Shown here: positions 1 to 12,440 of the stretch, in pieces
Numbering within the stretch: the first letter of the stretch is position 1
Layout: each line of letters begins with the position of its first letter
From: Sminthopsis crassicaudata
Lineage: Eukaryota
Length of the DNA stretch: 64,000 bases
Assembly: GCF_048593235.1 (NCBI RefSeq)
Contig: NC_133618.1
Span: forward strand, 10,465,558-10,529,557
Direction of reading: 5' to 3'
Position numbers and translations under genes: made by a program
The notes under the pieces: generated by a model
What the model was told of the DNA's origin: nothing
What the model saw: the letters and a program-made list of their open reading frames with translations, nothing else
Database searches by the model: none

Positions 1-1320
1 GTATGAACCTCAGTGCCAATCCACTTAAATATGTTAAACATCTGAGAAGTTCCCAGTGTGTATTTCTTCCCAATGAGGTCACAACAGATGGAAAATTGTA
101 TGGCTCTGGACCACAAAAAACTACCTTACTAGATAAACCAAGCTAATGCTCACAAATCAATAAACTAATTGACCAAAAAGAACATATTCAACACCTATTA
201 AATATGAGGCATAAAGAATACAAAGATAAAAATGAATTAATCTCCTCTCTCAAGGTGCTTACATTCTATAAGGAATGCAATGTATATGTCAGAATAGTCA
301 CCAAATAGATACCAAGTGGTTTGAAGAAGGGAGGATTCTATTACCCCGAGGGGGGGGGCAGTTCTTAGGTAGAAGATAACATTCAAGGTGGGTCTTGAAG
401 AAGAAAAGAGACTCTAAAGAGCTGAAGATGAGAAGTCAAGGAAGAAAGCCTATGAAAAATCATAGAGATGAAAGAAGGAAAATTATGTATGATGAGAAAT
501 ACAAAGAGCAGATAAATTCAAATAAAGTATGTAGGGAGTAAAGTGGAACTGGGCTGGAAAGGTAGGTTAGGTTTTTCAAGGGAAACGACTGTAAATTTGC
601 AATGTGCCAGATGACTCTGTGCCAGTTGAACACATGCTAGTCATTAAGCTAATTGCTAGAGAAAGAAATAAAAACAAGCAAAATTGTTCCTACTGAGAGA
701 GAGATTATATTCTAATGGCAAAGATAGTACATGAATACACGAATGTGAGGTTGGTTATAGTTTGTATTTCATCCTAGAGGTAAAAAGAGAGAAATATGGC
801 AGAACGTGACTGAGAACGAATTTGTAAGATAGGGATAGGAATTGGACCCTCAAGAACTCTCAAATAAGGAAACTTCCACTACATACAAGTCAACTTTGCA
901 GCTGATAGTTTTAGTGAGTTACCCATAGCTCAGAGGGTGAGTGACTTGTTCAAGGTCACACAGCAAATGTGCATTAGTGGTCAGACTTGACCCTAGGTCT
1001 TCCTTGCTTTAAAGCTCTGTACACTACACCACACTACCTCTTCCTGGAGTGCAGACATTAAGTGCTTTAGAAACTCAAGAAAAGATTAATATGGATGTGA
1101 ATGATCGGAGGAAGTTTTATAGAAGGGGTGAGACTATCTATCCAGAACAATAGTAATATTGAGGTGTCAGGTATGCACTATGATGTTGCCTCTGAAAAAA
1201 AGTTAGGCTCAGACAGTATGCAACCCAAGTAAAGGTATTCTGATGAGGTTTACACACTCAGTGGGTGGGCCAAGTTTTCCTAAGGAGTTGGTCTCCCAGC
1301 AAAGCAAGACAAGGATTTTT

Positions 1321-1693
1321 TAAATTAAAGCTTTTTATTTTCAAAATGAATGCATGGATAATTTTGAAAAACCTTGTATTCCAAATTTCCCCCTCCTTCC
1401 CCCCTTCTTCTAGATGGCAGGTAATTCAATGCATGTTAAATATGTTAAAATATATTTTAAATCCAGTATGTGTATATATATTTATACAATCATCTTGCTT
1501 CACAAGAAATCAAGAAGGAAAAAAAAAAACTGGGAAAGAAAACAAAATGCAAGCAAACAACAACAGAATGAGTGAAAATGTTGTGTTATTACCCACACTC
1601 AGTTCCCACAATCCTCTCTCTGGGTGTAGATGGCTCTCTCCATCACAAGATTATTGGAATTGGTCTGAATCATCTCATTGTTGGAAAGAGCCA
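1321..1693 (-). mobile_element. 5'-truncated L1 3' end (marsupial L1), antisense in intron, with 16-bp TSD
   Basis: Marsupial L1 3'UTR sequence; caagacaaggattttt repeated at 1305-1320 and 1694-1709. Confidence 0.85.
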
Positions 1694-3325
1694 CAAGACA
1701 AGGATTTTTAGAGAGGAAATGGTGCTGACAACATCGCAAAATATGTAAAAAATCAGCTTTTAGGAGCAATGTGTTAACATGGGGAAATCCTAAAGTCTTA
1801 GTGGAACTGTGCATGTGGTTACCTAGAATGCATATGGAAAAAGCCACTTAGAGGGTAGCAACGTATAGCAATGATATCATTACTAGCATAGGTTCACCCA
1901 AGGATAGCAAACAAGGGGACCTGCATAGGTGCCCTGTTCAGAGAAAGATTCATTGAAGTTTGCAGTCCAATGTCCTCTTCTGCATCCTGCTGGTGCTTCT
2001 TTCTTATTGGCTGATTTTTTATTACATTTTGGGCTAACAGTCATATGGTAACCTAGTGATGCGGTTACAGAATCTGCCCATTTGTTCATTGTTCTAGTGA
2101 GACCCATGATTATTTCTGCAGGGCTCTGGGCTAAGGGTAAATTTAAGCTGGGGGCAACCATCAGAATCCATCAATAAGAGTAGGATCAACAGAGAAGAGG
2201 AAAAGATCAGACACTTGAAAAGCATTGTCTTAGATTTGGGGGTCCACATTTTGGGATGAGAAGCTGCAGGTTATCCAGATAATGCTGAAGAACTTCGGTC
2301 CCCATGCTATAGGAGAGAATCTGCTGAAGGAGGGAGCATATTTGGAGAAAAGAGGGCTGAAGGGCATTAATGAACTTGAGTATAAAATAGGTAATATCCA
2401 ACAAATCTCCATGGAACAAATTGTCTCATTGAATTAGCCAGTCTGAACATGTGTTTGCTTGTAAATACATACNNNNNNNNNNNNNNNNNNNNNNNNNNNN
2501 NNNNNNNNNNNNNNNNNNNNNNNNNNNNNNNNNNNNNNNNNNNNNNNNNNNNNNNNNNNNNNNNNNNNNNNNNNNNNNNNNNNNNNNNNNNNNNNNNNNN
2601 NNTACCATATCTTTGCACTGAGCATGACCCATACCTAGAACACACTCCTTGTTTTGCCTCTGCTTCATGGAAACATGTTCTTCTTTAACATAGAGTTCAG
2701 GCACCAATTTCTGCCTGAAATTTTTTTCCCAATTCCTACCTAGATTAAACTACTTTATATGTATTTTATTAAGATATAGATAAATAACTATATGCATAAA
2801 TGTACATATCACATACATACACATGCATATATATGTATAAAATTATTCATGGAGACACACACATACATGCAACTACATACATGTTTATACTATAAATACA
2901 TATATATGTACAAATATGCATGTGTGAAGATGTATGTAAATTTAGTCTTGCTGTCTTGCTCAGTAAAATATATGCTTCTTGTGAACAGGAATTACTCTGT
3001 ATGTGCTTGTAACCTATTATCTAGCACAGTGGCTATCACACAGTAAGTGCATAATAAATGCATGTTGATCAGATTATTGATTGATTTGTAATATAGTATG
3101 TAAAAAATCTACCTTTGATTAAAAAAAAAAAACTTTTTTTTTTTCAGAAGTATCTAAATGCAGTTTTAAATTGGGAACTTGAAGAGTTTGAGTAGGAATA
3201 ATAAAAATGCTTTTCATGTGTACTAGAGATGACCGTGTCCTTCTGGAGCATGCCATTAGCCCTACCATTGTACCTTCCCATCTTCAATCACTAATCTTTC
3301 TCTTTTTTGGCTTTCTCATCCCCAG

Positions 3326-3500
3326 CATCCCCTCCCAAGGATTCAGCAAATGCAACCGCAACCAATATCGTCAATATCTCCTGGATTACAAGCCCATGTG
3401 CATCCTTAACGTCCCGCTTTCCAAAGACATCATTACATTCCCAAAGTGTGGGAACCAGATATTAGAAGTGGGAGAAGAGTGTGATTGTGGCAGCTTGGAG
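3326..3500 (+). CDS. ADAM7: ADAM exon: end of metalloprotease domain / start of disintegrin (IPSQGFSKCNRNQYRQYLLDYKPMCILNVPLSKDIITFPKCGNQILEVGEECDCGSLE)
   Basis: cccag| acceptor, |gtact donor, 175 nt; CGNxxxExGEECDCG motif; lies within ORF 3207..3569. Confidence 0.93.
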
Positions 3501-3891
3501 GTACTTAGAAGCAGTGGGTGTTTATTGGTGATCAGATATGCCAGGAAGGCAGAAATTCATGAATCCTGACAAGTTAGCAAACAAACGACGGCAATTAAAT
3601 TTGAATTCAGTTTTAAAATTCAACAGAGCTCATGTCAGGCCCTGTGTTATCATGGATGAATCATGACTTATACAAATGGAGCTTGCTGAAGACCTGGAGC
3701 TTTCTGGTTTCCAGTTTCTAATACCTCCCCATTAGAACCTTAGAGGTTACCCAATCTAATGTCTGGCCTAACACAAGAACCCCTGCTCCAAATGACAGGC
3801 AGACAACACCTGTGTACCACGAACTGTACTGATCCCTAAGATTCAAAAACTTCTGCCTTCAAGGATCTTAACATTCTAATGGAGAATTTTT

Positions 3892-3941
3892 TTAGAGTAT
3901 ATTAGAGATTACCTTATTAGAGTATATTAGAGATTACCCTA
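3892..3941. repeat. 25-bp tandem duplication
   Basis: ttagagtatattagagattacc(t/c)ta twice, 1 mismatch. Confidence 0.9.
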
Positions 3942-4389
3942 TTATAAAGGGGAACTAATGGGGTCCCTGCTAGTGCCACGAAGGCAAAGTTCATTGAGTT
4001 AGAAGCACAGCATGGTGGGCCTGGGCCCATTCCCCAAATGGAGACCTTGAATAGAACAATCCGGTGGGAAAAGGGAGCTGATGTGGTACAGACACATGCC
4101 AAAGTGCGAAGGCAGCTAAGTCATGACAGAGAAATCCCCCAAATCAGAAGCACAGCAAGGGAGGGGAATGAAAATGGCAAATGGTTCTCCCACCTCGGCT
4201 TGAAGACTTTCTGTGACAGGGACTTAATTGTTTCCCAAAGCAGAAATTTTCATTTATGAACAACTCTAGTAGTTAAAATGTTCCTTGTTTTGTTGAGCTA
4301 AAAATCTGCTTCCGTGCTCCTTCTTTAATTATTCTAAATTTACACTTTGAAGCCAAGTAGAATCATTCTACTCTCCATTTCATTTAAAT

Positions 4390-4452
4390 ATAGGGTCTCC
4401 CAAAAGTCAGGGTAGAGCTTAACAAGGCACTAAGATTTTTGGGACACCTTGG
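4390..4452. mobile_element. Short Tc1/mariner-type MITE (about 62 bp)
   Basis: Imperfect TIRs agggtctcccaaaagtc ... gatttttgggacacctt. Confidence 0.55.
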
Positions 4453-5635
4453 ATTTAAGGTCAATATCGTGTCTCCTCTGATCCTTCTCTAGGCAACACA
4501 TTCCCAGTTCCCAGGACCTCCCATCTCCTTGTTTTGAAGCCTTTCCCCATCTGGCTGTCCTGAGGAGGAAGTATGTATTGACATGACAGGGTGTTGGACC
4601 TGGAGTCAAAAAAATCCTTGTATTTGCACTTCCTCAAGCCAACAAGTATCTGTAAAGTCACTTACACGATGATAAATTTGAAAATTCTTCTTGGTTCTAA
4701 CCCTTGGATTCTGTGATCTAAAATCATTCCCTTCATAATAATTACAATGACTATACAGGAAGCCTGTCCATTTCCCCAACCTTCTCAAAGAGAGCATGCA
4801 TATGTGAAAAAGAGCCTATAAACTCCTAGAGAAGACCCTTCAGGATATATCCCCTGGTATAACTGTAGTCATTTTCTCTGCCCAGACCTCAGTTTCCTCT
4901 CCTGTAAAATGAACAATAACCTCTAGAGTATTTTCTAGTTATGATTTCACAGAGTAGGGTAGGACAACTGGGGCTTTGCCCTATGGATGAAATTTTAGGG
5001 GGACCCAATAATATTTTCAACTTTTTGACAGAATTTTTAATAGCAACTATTTCATTAATTAAAATAAGAAGCTCCAAGGTAACTTGCCATTGCTTCCTAT
5101 AGGTAAGCTACGTTCTTAGCTTTCTGACAATCACCCTTTCCCACACACTGTGGTCCCACTAGTAATTTAAAAAATTTTTCTGGGGTTAACTTACCCTAAG
5201 GCCTCTTTGAATTAAGGATCCATTTGCTCACACTGGATCACAGGTAGCTAGAGAGTACCACAGTGCATAGAGTTCTGAGTCTGGAGTCAGGAAGATGAGT
5301 TTGAATTTGGCCTTAGATACTTACTAGCCTTGGGATTCTGGACAAGTTACTCAACCTCTATCTGCCTAAGTTTCCTCAGTTATAAAATAAGGAAAATAAT
5401 AGCACCCAGAGTTGCCAGAAGGATCAAATGATACATGTACAAAATGCTTAGCATAGTGCCTGGCATATAGTTGAAATGATATAATTGTTCATTCTCTAGC
5501 CATTTGTGCTTTAAAAGAATTATCTCATAGATACGTTGAAAATATATTGGAGAGATAAGAAGTCGTGAGCTGTCGCAAACAGGGACCAACTTATGATGTG
5601 CCTTCTGTCCTTTTCCTGTTTCTTTCCTCACCAAG

Positions 5636-5725
5636 GATTGTACCAATATTTGCTGTGAGGCGAATAAGTGCATCCTGAAGCCAGGAAGTGCCTGTGGAGG
5701 GGGAGAATGCTGTGAGGCTTGTAAG
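5636..5725 (+). CDS. ADAM7: ADAM disintegrin exon (DCTNICCEANKCILKPGSACGGGECCEACK)
   Basis: ccaag| acceptor after pyrimidine tract, |gtagg donor, 90 nt; disintegrin Cys pattern; missed by the ORF track. Confidence 0.93.
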
Positions 5726-5861
5726 GTAGGATGTCCTCTTCCACCTTATCATTGTCTTGTCTTTAGTTGATTTCAGACAGATACAGGAAGTCATAGAATA
5801 GCCCCTTTTCCTGATTTCTTCATTGGATGTGGGATGTCAGTAGATATATTCAGGTTTGACA

Positions 5862-7172
5862 GACAAACAACAATCAGGTCAGCAGTTTAGTCTGAGAAAG
5901 GACCTCAGTGTCTTATGTCTTATCCTGCCAGGTGATCTTCAAAATCTTAAGACAATTCAAATGGAAGTAATTCGGCTTCCTGGCATGGTGCTGGTAGATT
6001 CTCCATGTTTCCTAAGAATACAACAATGAGATCAGCACAACAGCTTTGGTAGTCAGTCTAACACTTGTATTCTCCTGTACTTTCCTCTAGAACCTCCCAA
6101 ACACTGAGCTATTTATGGCAATGCAGATATCAATCTCATGATCAATATGGTCATCCCTAGAAAGTATACTGCCAGGGGAAGTAAAGTTAGCCACCTCATT
6201 CAAAACTTCATCATTTGCTGTAAGAGATGGACACATATGAATGGTTAGATGCTGGGTGATGGAGGGTCTGTATTTTCATGGTGTTAATCCTTAGGCCAAA
6301 ATTAGTACAAGCAGCAGAAAATCGATCTGTACTTTTTTTGCACCTCAGCTTCAGGGACTGCATTGAGTGCACAATCATCTGCAAACAAAAAATCAGGCAC
6401 TAGCATTCCCTTTACTTTAGTTTTGATTTGTTGCCTTTTCAAGTTGATGAATTTATCATCAATGCAGTAGCTGACTTTGATCCCATGTTTGTTCTCATTG
6501 AAGACATTTGACGTCATGGCTGAAAACATAGGAGCAAGCATCCCGCCTTATTTCACTCCATTAGTGACTGGGAAAGCTCGAGACCATTGTCCATTGTCCA
6601 GAATCCAGACAAGAATGCCAACATGAAACTGACATTCTATACTCTGGGCAACCAAATTTGGACATAATTTCCCACAAGCCCTCACAACTGACAGAATCAA
6701 AACTCTTGGTCAGATCTACAAATGTTATATACAGATCTCTGTTGTGTTCCTGGCATTTTTCCTGAAGTTGTCAGGCAGTAAACACCATATCACCTTTCCT
6801 TGGTCCCTTGGCTCTAGATGACCTCATTTCAGGTGTGGGACCAGCCTATTAAGGAGAATCTTGCCAACAGTGACTGAGAGAGGCCCTGTAATAGTCACAG
6901 GACAATTTTATTTCCTTTACCTTTATAGAGATAGACCATGGAGGCATCGTTGAATTCCAGGGGCATGACTTGATCTTGTTTAATAATCTGGAAAATTTCA
7001 GTCAGCTTTTATATGAGAAATGGACCCCTTACTTACCTTGTAAATCTCTGATGGAATAGAATCGACACCAGGTGCTTTGCCACAAGAAAGTATCTTAATA
7101 GCTTTCAAAACTTATTTAGTTGGAGTTAGAGCTAGAGAGATTGATTCTAACCTGAGGTAAATAGTCAATGGC
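5862..7172 (-). mobile_element. RTE-clade (BovB-like) LINE, RT region, degraded, antisense segment
   Basis: Minus-strand translation gives AIDYLPQV, LSCGKAPGVDSIPSEIYK, FLFADDCAL (ORF 6302..6541) and the downstream RT/thumb region. Confidence 0.9.
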
Positions 7173-7749
7173 TGATTTCATTGTTGTATACCTGTGAAAC
7201 CTGGACAGAGCCCCGCCAGGAAACTGAATCGCTTCCATTTGAATTGTCTTAGGAAGATTCTGAAAATCACCTGGCAGAATAAGATACCAGACACTGAGGT
7301 CCTTTCTCAAACTAAACTTCCCAGCATTCAAACAGCCTGGACACATTTGAATTCCAAATATATACTTGCTAAAAATGATTATTTTATGTAGAACAGGACA
7401 AGCAGTCACAAGGTGGTCAGAAAACATGGTATAAGGGCATTCTCAAGATATCTCTTAAGAACTTTAGAATTGATTGTATGATATGGGGCACAAGATTGCC
7501 CAGCCTGGCGTGCCCTCATCAGAGAAGGTGCCATGCTCTCTGAGAAAAGTAGAACTTGAAATAACTTAATAGAAACACGAGATGCAGCACAAAGTTAGAG
7601 AGTCCACATCAAATGTTCATGGGGACCTATTTATGTCTGATCTGAACATTCTGAGCTCATACGTATCGATCTGATTAGCCACAGTCAGAAACACTAATTT
7701 TGACTAACATAGTGATGTCATTTTGGTCCTCTTCAAGAATGAAGGACAT
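7171..7749 (+). mobile_element. RTE-clade LINE 3' end, sense segment
   Basis: ORF 7194..7391 RKLNRFHLNCLRKILKITWQNKIPDTEVL; ends in gtcctcttcaagaatgaaggac, a typical RTE 3' end. Confidence 0.9.
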
Positions 7750-9189
7750 TTACAAACTTAAAAAAAAAGCTTTTTTGATTTCTTAGATAGATGTTAGTTA
7801 TCTTTTCTAACATGCTTAGATTCTTTTCCTCTCTTCCTTCTTCCTTGCTGTCTTTGTTCATCTTACTCCCAATCAGAAAGCCAAGTGGTATAAAGAAAGA
7901 GAGAAGNNNNNNNNNNNNNNNNNNNNNNNNNNNNNNNNNNNNNNNNNNNNNNNNNNNNNNNNNNNNNNNNNNNNNNNNNNNNNNNNNNNNNNNNNNNNNN
8001 NNNNNNNNNNNNNNNNNNNNNNNNNNNNNNNNNNNNNNNNNNNNNNNNNNNNNNNNNNNNNNNNNNNNNNNNNNNNNNNNNNNNNNNNNNNNNNNNNNNN
8101 NNNNNNNNNNNNNNNNNNNNNNNNNNNNNNNNNNNNNNNNNNNNNNNNNNNNNNNNNNNNNNNNNNNNNNNNNNNNNNNNNNNNNNNNNNNNNNNNNNNN
8201 NNNNNNNNNNNNNNNNNNNNNNNNNNNNNNNNNNNNNNNNNNNNNNNNNNNNNNNNNNNNNNNNNNNNNNNNNNNNNNNNNNNNNNNNNNNNNNNNNNNN
8301 NNNNNNNNNNNNNNNNNNNNNNNNNNNNNNNNNNNNNNNNNNNNNNNNNNNNNNNNNNNNNNNNNNNNNNNNNNNNNNNNNNNTCAAAACAATAGAATAT
8401 TAGGATGAATGATCCGCATTATACAGCACTGAGTGTGCAAAAGAACATCTGAGAGTACAGTGGAGAAAGCCCTGAGCTTGACAGTCTTCCTCTGACACTT
8501 AGTAAACTCTGTGACCCTGAATCCAGTTCATTGTAACCCCCCTCAGTTTATGAAATGGGGATAATCATTTCACTTACCTGCGAGAGTAGTTATAAGGATC
8601 AAGAAGCAGTTAACAGAATGTAAAGTGTTTTTGCAAGCTCTTCAAATGCTAATTATTGTTACCATCCTCAAACTAGTTACTAGGTCAAGACTAGATAAAA
8701 CAGACCAAGACTTGGGGTGGGGAGGGGAAAGAGGGGTGGGGTCACACAACTAGGAAGTGTCTGAGGCCATATTGGAATTCACAAAGATGAGTTTTCCTCA
8801 TTCCAAGCCCAGTGTGCTAGCCACTGCAATGCCTAGCTGCTGATTAAATATAAATAGGTAAGTACAAATTTAAATACACTGGTAAGTATAAATTATAGTC
8901 AACAGATGGGAGGCTGTTCCTTGAAGGAAAAGGCATCAAGAACAGAACATTCTCGGGAAGACCTATTGTAATTAATTCCCCTTAACTTGTAGTCCTTCAG
9001 TGAAGACTGGGGGGTCACTGGTGTTTATTCCAGTAGGATTTCTTTTCCATGGATAATTTAGAGGAGAGGGTCTCTAAGATTTCTCCCAGTTCTGAGGTGT
9101 GATTCTCCAAAATATTCTTAATTTCTATCACCATGCACTGAAACAAAACCATCTCATTTCTCCCTATATATTGAGTCTCGCCTCACTGA

Positions 9190-9588
<399 letters not shown>

Positions 9589-10435
9589 TAGAAGGACAAG
9601 GCTGAGAGTGCTGAAGTCCTACTTATACTTCTTGGCTGTGTGACCCTGGTTTAATCACTTAATTTTTTGGTATCCTCCGGCAATTCTCCAAGGGAGTAAA
9701 TGTCAGAGCAAGTGTTCATCTAGTTTGGCAAGGAAATTTGCTCACCAAGATGATCCCCCATCAGTGAAATCATGGGTCCTGTTCACAATGAACAAAGAAG
9801 TTCCATGCAATGGCCACTGACTTTGAAATTTGAAATTGCCTAATCCTTGTTCTAACTCTTTAGCTTAGTAGCTATGTAGGGCGGGGAAAGATTTGCGAGA
9901 GAGAAAATAATTTATTAAGGGATTACTATGTGCAAATTTAATGCTCTCTAAGGGAGATGTTAATTATTTAGTCCATATTACAGTTGAGGAAACTGAGATA
10001 GACAGAGGTGAAATGGCTTTCTCAGGGTCACAAAGTTAGCAAGTATCTGATGCTGGATTTGAACTCAGATTTTCTTGATTCTAGATCCATTACTCAATAC
10101 AATGGGCCACTTAGCTGTGTGACTATGTACATCTTGGGCCTTAGTTTTTTCACATTTAAAATAACTCAATAGTTTCTAAAATCTTGTCCAATGCAAAGTC
10201 TTTTAGTCTGTGATTTATTGTCCCTAAGACCTCATCGGGTGTCAGACTGGTGGTCAGAATGTCATGTTAGAGGTGCAAAAGCTGGGGCAGGTACCCCAAG
10301 ACACAAAAGCTCTGCAGGTGTGTCTGCCATTGGAGGACTTATTTAGCTGATGTTTCAGATACTTAGCACCAGAAAGCTAATTGTTGGAAGGTGTCAGTGG
10401 GACTTGTGTTGTTTTTAAAACTAGGATAATTCTTT

Positions 10436-11636
10436 TTTTTTTTTTTTTTGTTTTTTTTTTATTATATATATATATTTTATAATATTATCCCTTGTATTCA
10501 TTTTTCCAAATTATCCCCCCCTCCCTCTATTCCCTCCCCCCGACGACAGGCAATACCATACATTTTACATGTGTTACAATATAGTCTAAGTACAATACAT
10601 GTGTGTGAATATCATTTTCTTGTTGCACAATAAACATTAGAATCCGAAGGTACATGCAACCTGGGCAGACAGATATTAGTGCTAACAATTTTCATTCCCC
10701 TCCCAGTGTTTCTTCTCTGGGTGTAGCTACCTCTGTCCATCATTGATCAACTGGAAGTGAGTTGGATCTTCTTTATGTTGAAGATTTCCACTTCCATCAG
10801 AATACATCCTCATACAGTATTGTTGTTGAAGTATACAGTGATCTTCTGGTTCTGCTCATTTCACTCAGCATCAGTTGATTTAAGTCTCTCCAGGCCTCTC
10901 TATATTCCTCCTGCTGGTCATTTCTTACCGAGCAATAATATTCCATAACCTTCATATACCACAATTTACCCAACCATTCTCCAACTGATGGACATCCATT
11001 CATCTTCCAGTTTCTAGCTACAACAAAAAGAGCTGCCACAAACATTTTGGCACATATATGTTTCTTTCCGCTCTTTAGTATTTCTTTGGGATATAATCCC
11101 AGTAGTAGCGCTGCTGGGTCAAAGGGTATGCACAGTTTGATAACTTTTTGGGCATAATTCCAGATTGCTCTCCAGAATGGCTGGATTCTTTCACAACTCC
11201 ACCAGCAATGTATTAGTGTCCCAATTTCCCCACATCCCCTCCAACATTTGTCATTATTTGTTCCTGTCATCTTAGCCAATCTGACAGGTGTGTAGTGGTA
11301 TCTCAGAGTGGTCTTAATTTGCATTTCTCTGATCAGTAGTGATTTGGAACACTCTTTCATGTGAGTGGATATAGTTTCAATTTCTTCCTCTGAGAATTGT
11401 CTGTTCATATCCTTTGACCATTTATTAATTGGAGAATGGTTCGGTTTCTTATAAATTATGGTCAGTTCTCTATATATTTTGGAAATGAGACCTTTGTCAG
11501 AACCTTTGTTTTTAAAAATATTTTCCCAATTTGTTACTTCCCTTCTAATCTTGTTTGCATTAGTATTATTTGTACAGAAACTTTTTAGTTTGATGTAATC
11601 AAAATCTTCTATTTTGTGATCAATAATGATCTCTAG
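10436..11636 (-). mobile_element. Young 5'-truncated L1 (ORF2 C-terminal 279 codons open, 3'UTR, poly-A) with 20-bp TSD
   Basis: Frame open 11636 to 10797 (..CWRGCGEIGTLIHCWW..); TSD taaaactaggataattcttt at 10416-10435 and 11637-11656; poly-T at the left end. Confidence 0.96.
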
Positions 11637-12109
11637 TAAAACTAGGATAATTCTTTAAAATATTTACTAAAGATAAAGTTAAAAAATATCAATTTAATTA
11701 TTTAATATTAAAAGTAAAAAAAAATATTAATTAAAATATTTACTAAAGATAAAGTAGGTTTGGTGATGGAAAATGCTCACAGCACCAGATGAATGCAGGA
11801 TTCCTTGAAGTATTACCTAGAATCTTTGAACTTAATATTTCCCAAGATATGTGTAGATAAACACATACAGGTACTGCTGACTTGTTTCAATCCTATCCTA
11901 ATGGCCCCAACCGAATTTTGGGTTTGTTTGACAGAAATCCTGGAGTGGTTCGCCATTTTCTTTTCTAGCTCATGTTACACATGAGGAAACTGAGACAGAC
12001 ATAGGTGAAGTGACTTGCCCAGGGTCACAAAGTTAATATCTTACTAAGTATCTGAGGCTGGATTTGAAGTCAGGAAGATTAATTCTCCTGATTCCAAGTC
12101 CAGTGCTCC

Positions 12110-12440
12110 ATCTATCTTTCTATCAATTTTTACATCTACCTATCCATTTATCTATCTATATTTTTATCCATCCATATTTCCATCTATATTTCTCTCTATT
12201 TAGCTATCTTTCCATTTTTCTATCTCTTTCTATCTTTCCATCTATCTATCCACTATGTTTCTATCTATATCTCTCTACTATCTATCATCTCTCATCTATC
12301 TATAGATAGATATAATATGGATATATAGATACTTATATGTAGATGCTAGGTATAAACATATGGATATAGAGATATATAGATATGGCTATAGATATGTCAA
12401 GATATATTTATATATATAGCTATTAGATAAATACAGATAT
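12110..12440. repeat. Degenerate (ATCT)n / (GATA)n low-complexity tract
   Basis: tctatctatc-type repeats followed by atatagat-type repeats. Confidence 0.8.

Noticed and set aside
1265-1711. 148-aa ORF
   Set aside because: It is an antisense reading of an L1 3'UTR fragment.
2290-2400. Minus-strand peptide ILKFINAL..ILSYSMGTE resembling recalled filovirus VP24 ILKFINKL..LLSSIEIGTQ
   Set aside because: About 11 of 30 identities needing a gap, flanked by stops and non-matching sequence; expected by chance in a six-frame scan by eye. Only a tBLASTn hit could revive it.
1-3325. Search for the zinc-binding (HExGHxxG / HQLGH) exon
   Set aside because: No such peptide with splice sites was found. 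It probably lies upstream of the window, so no claim is made on catalytic activity.
10797-11408. 203-aa ORF as a host gene
   Set aside because: It is the L1 ORF2 C-terminus of a 5'-truncated, non-autonomous copy.
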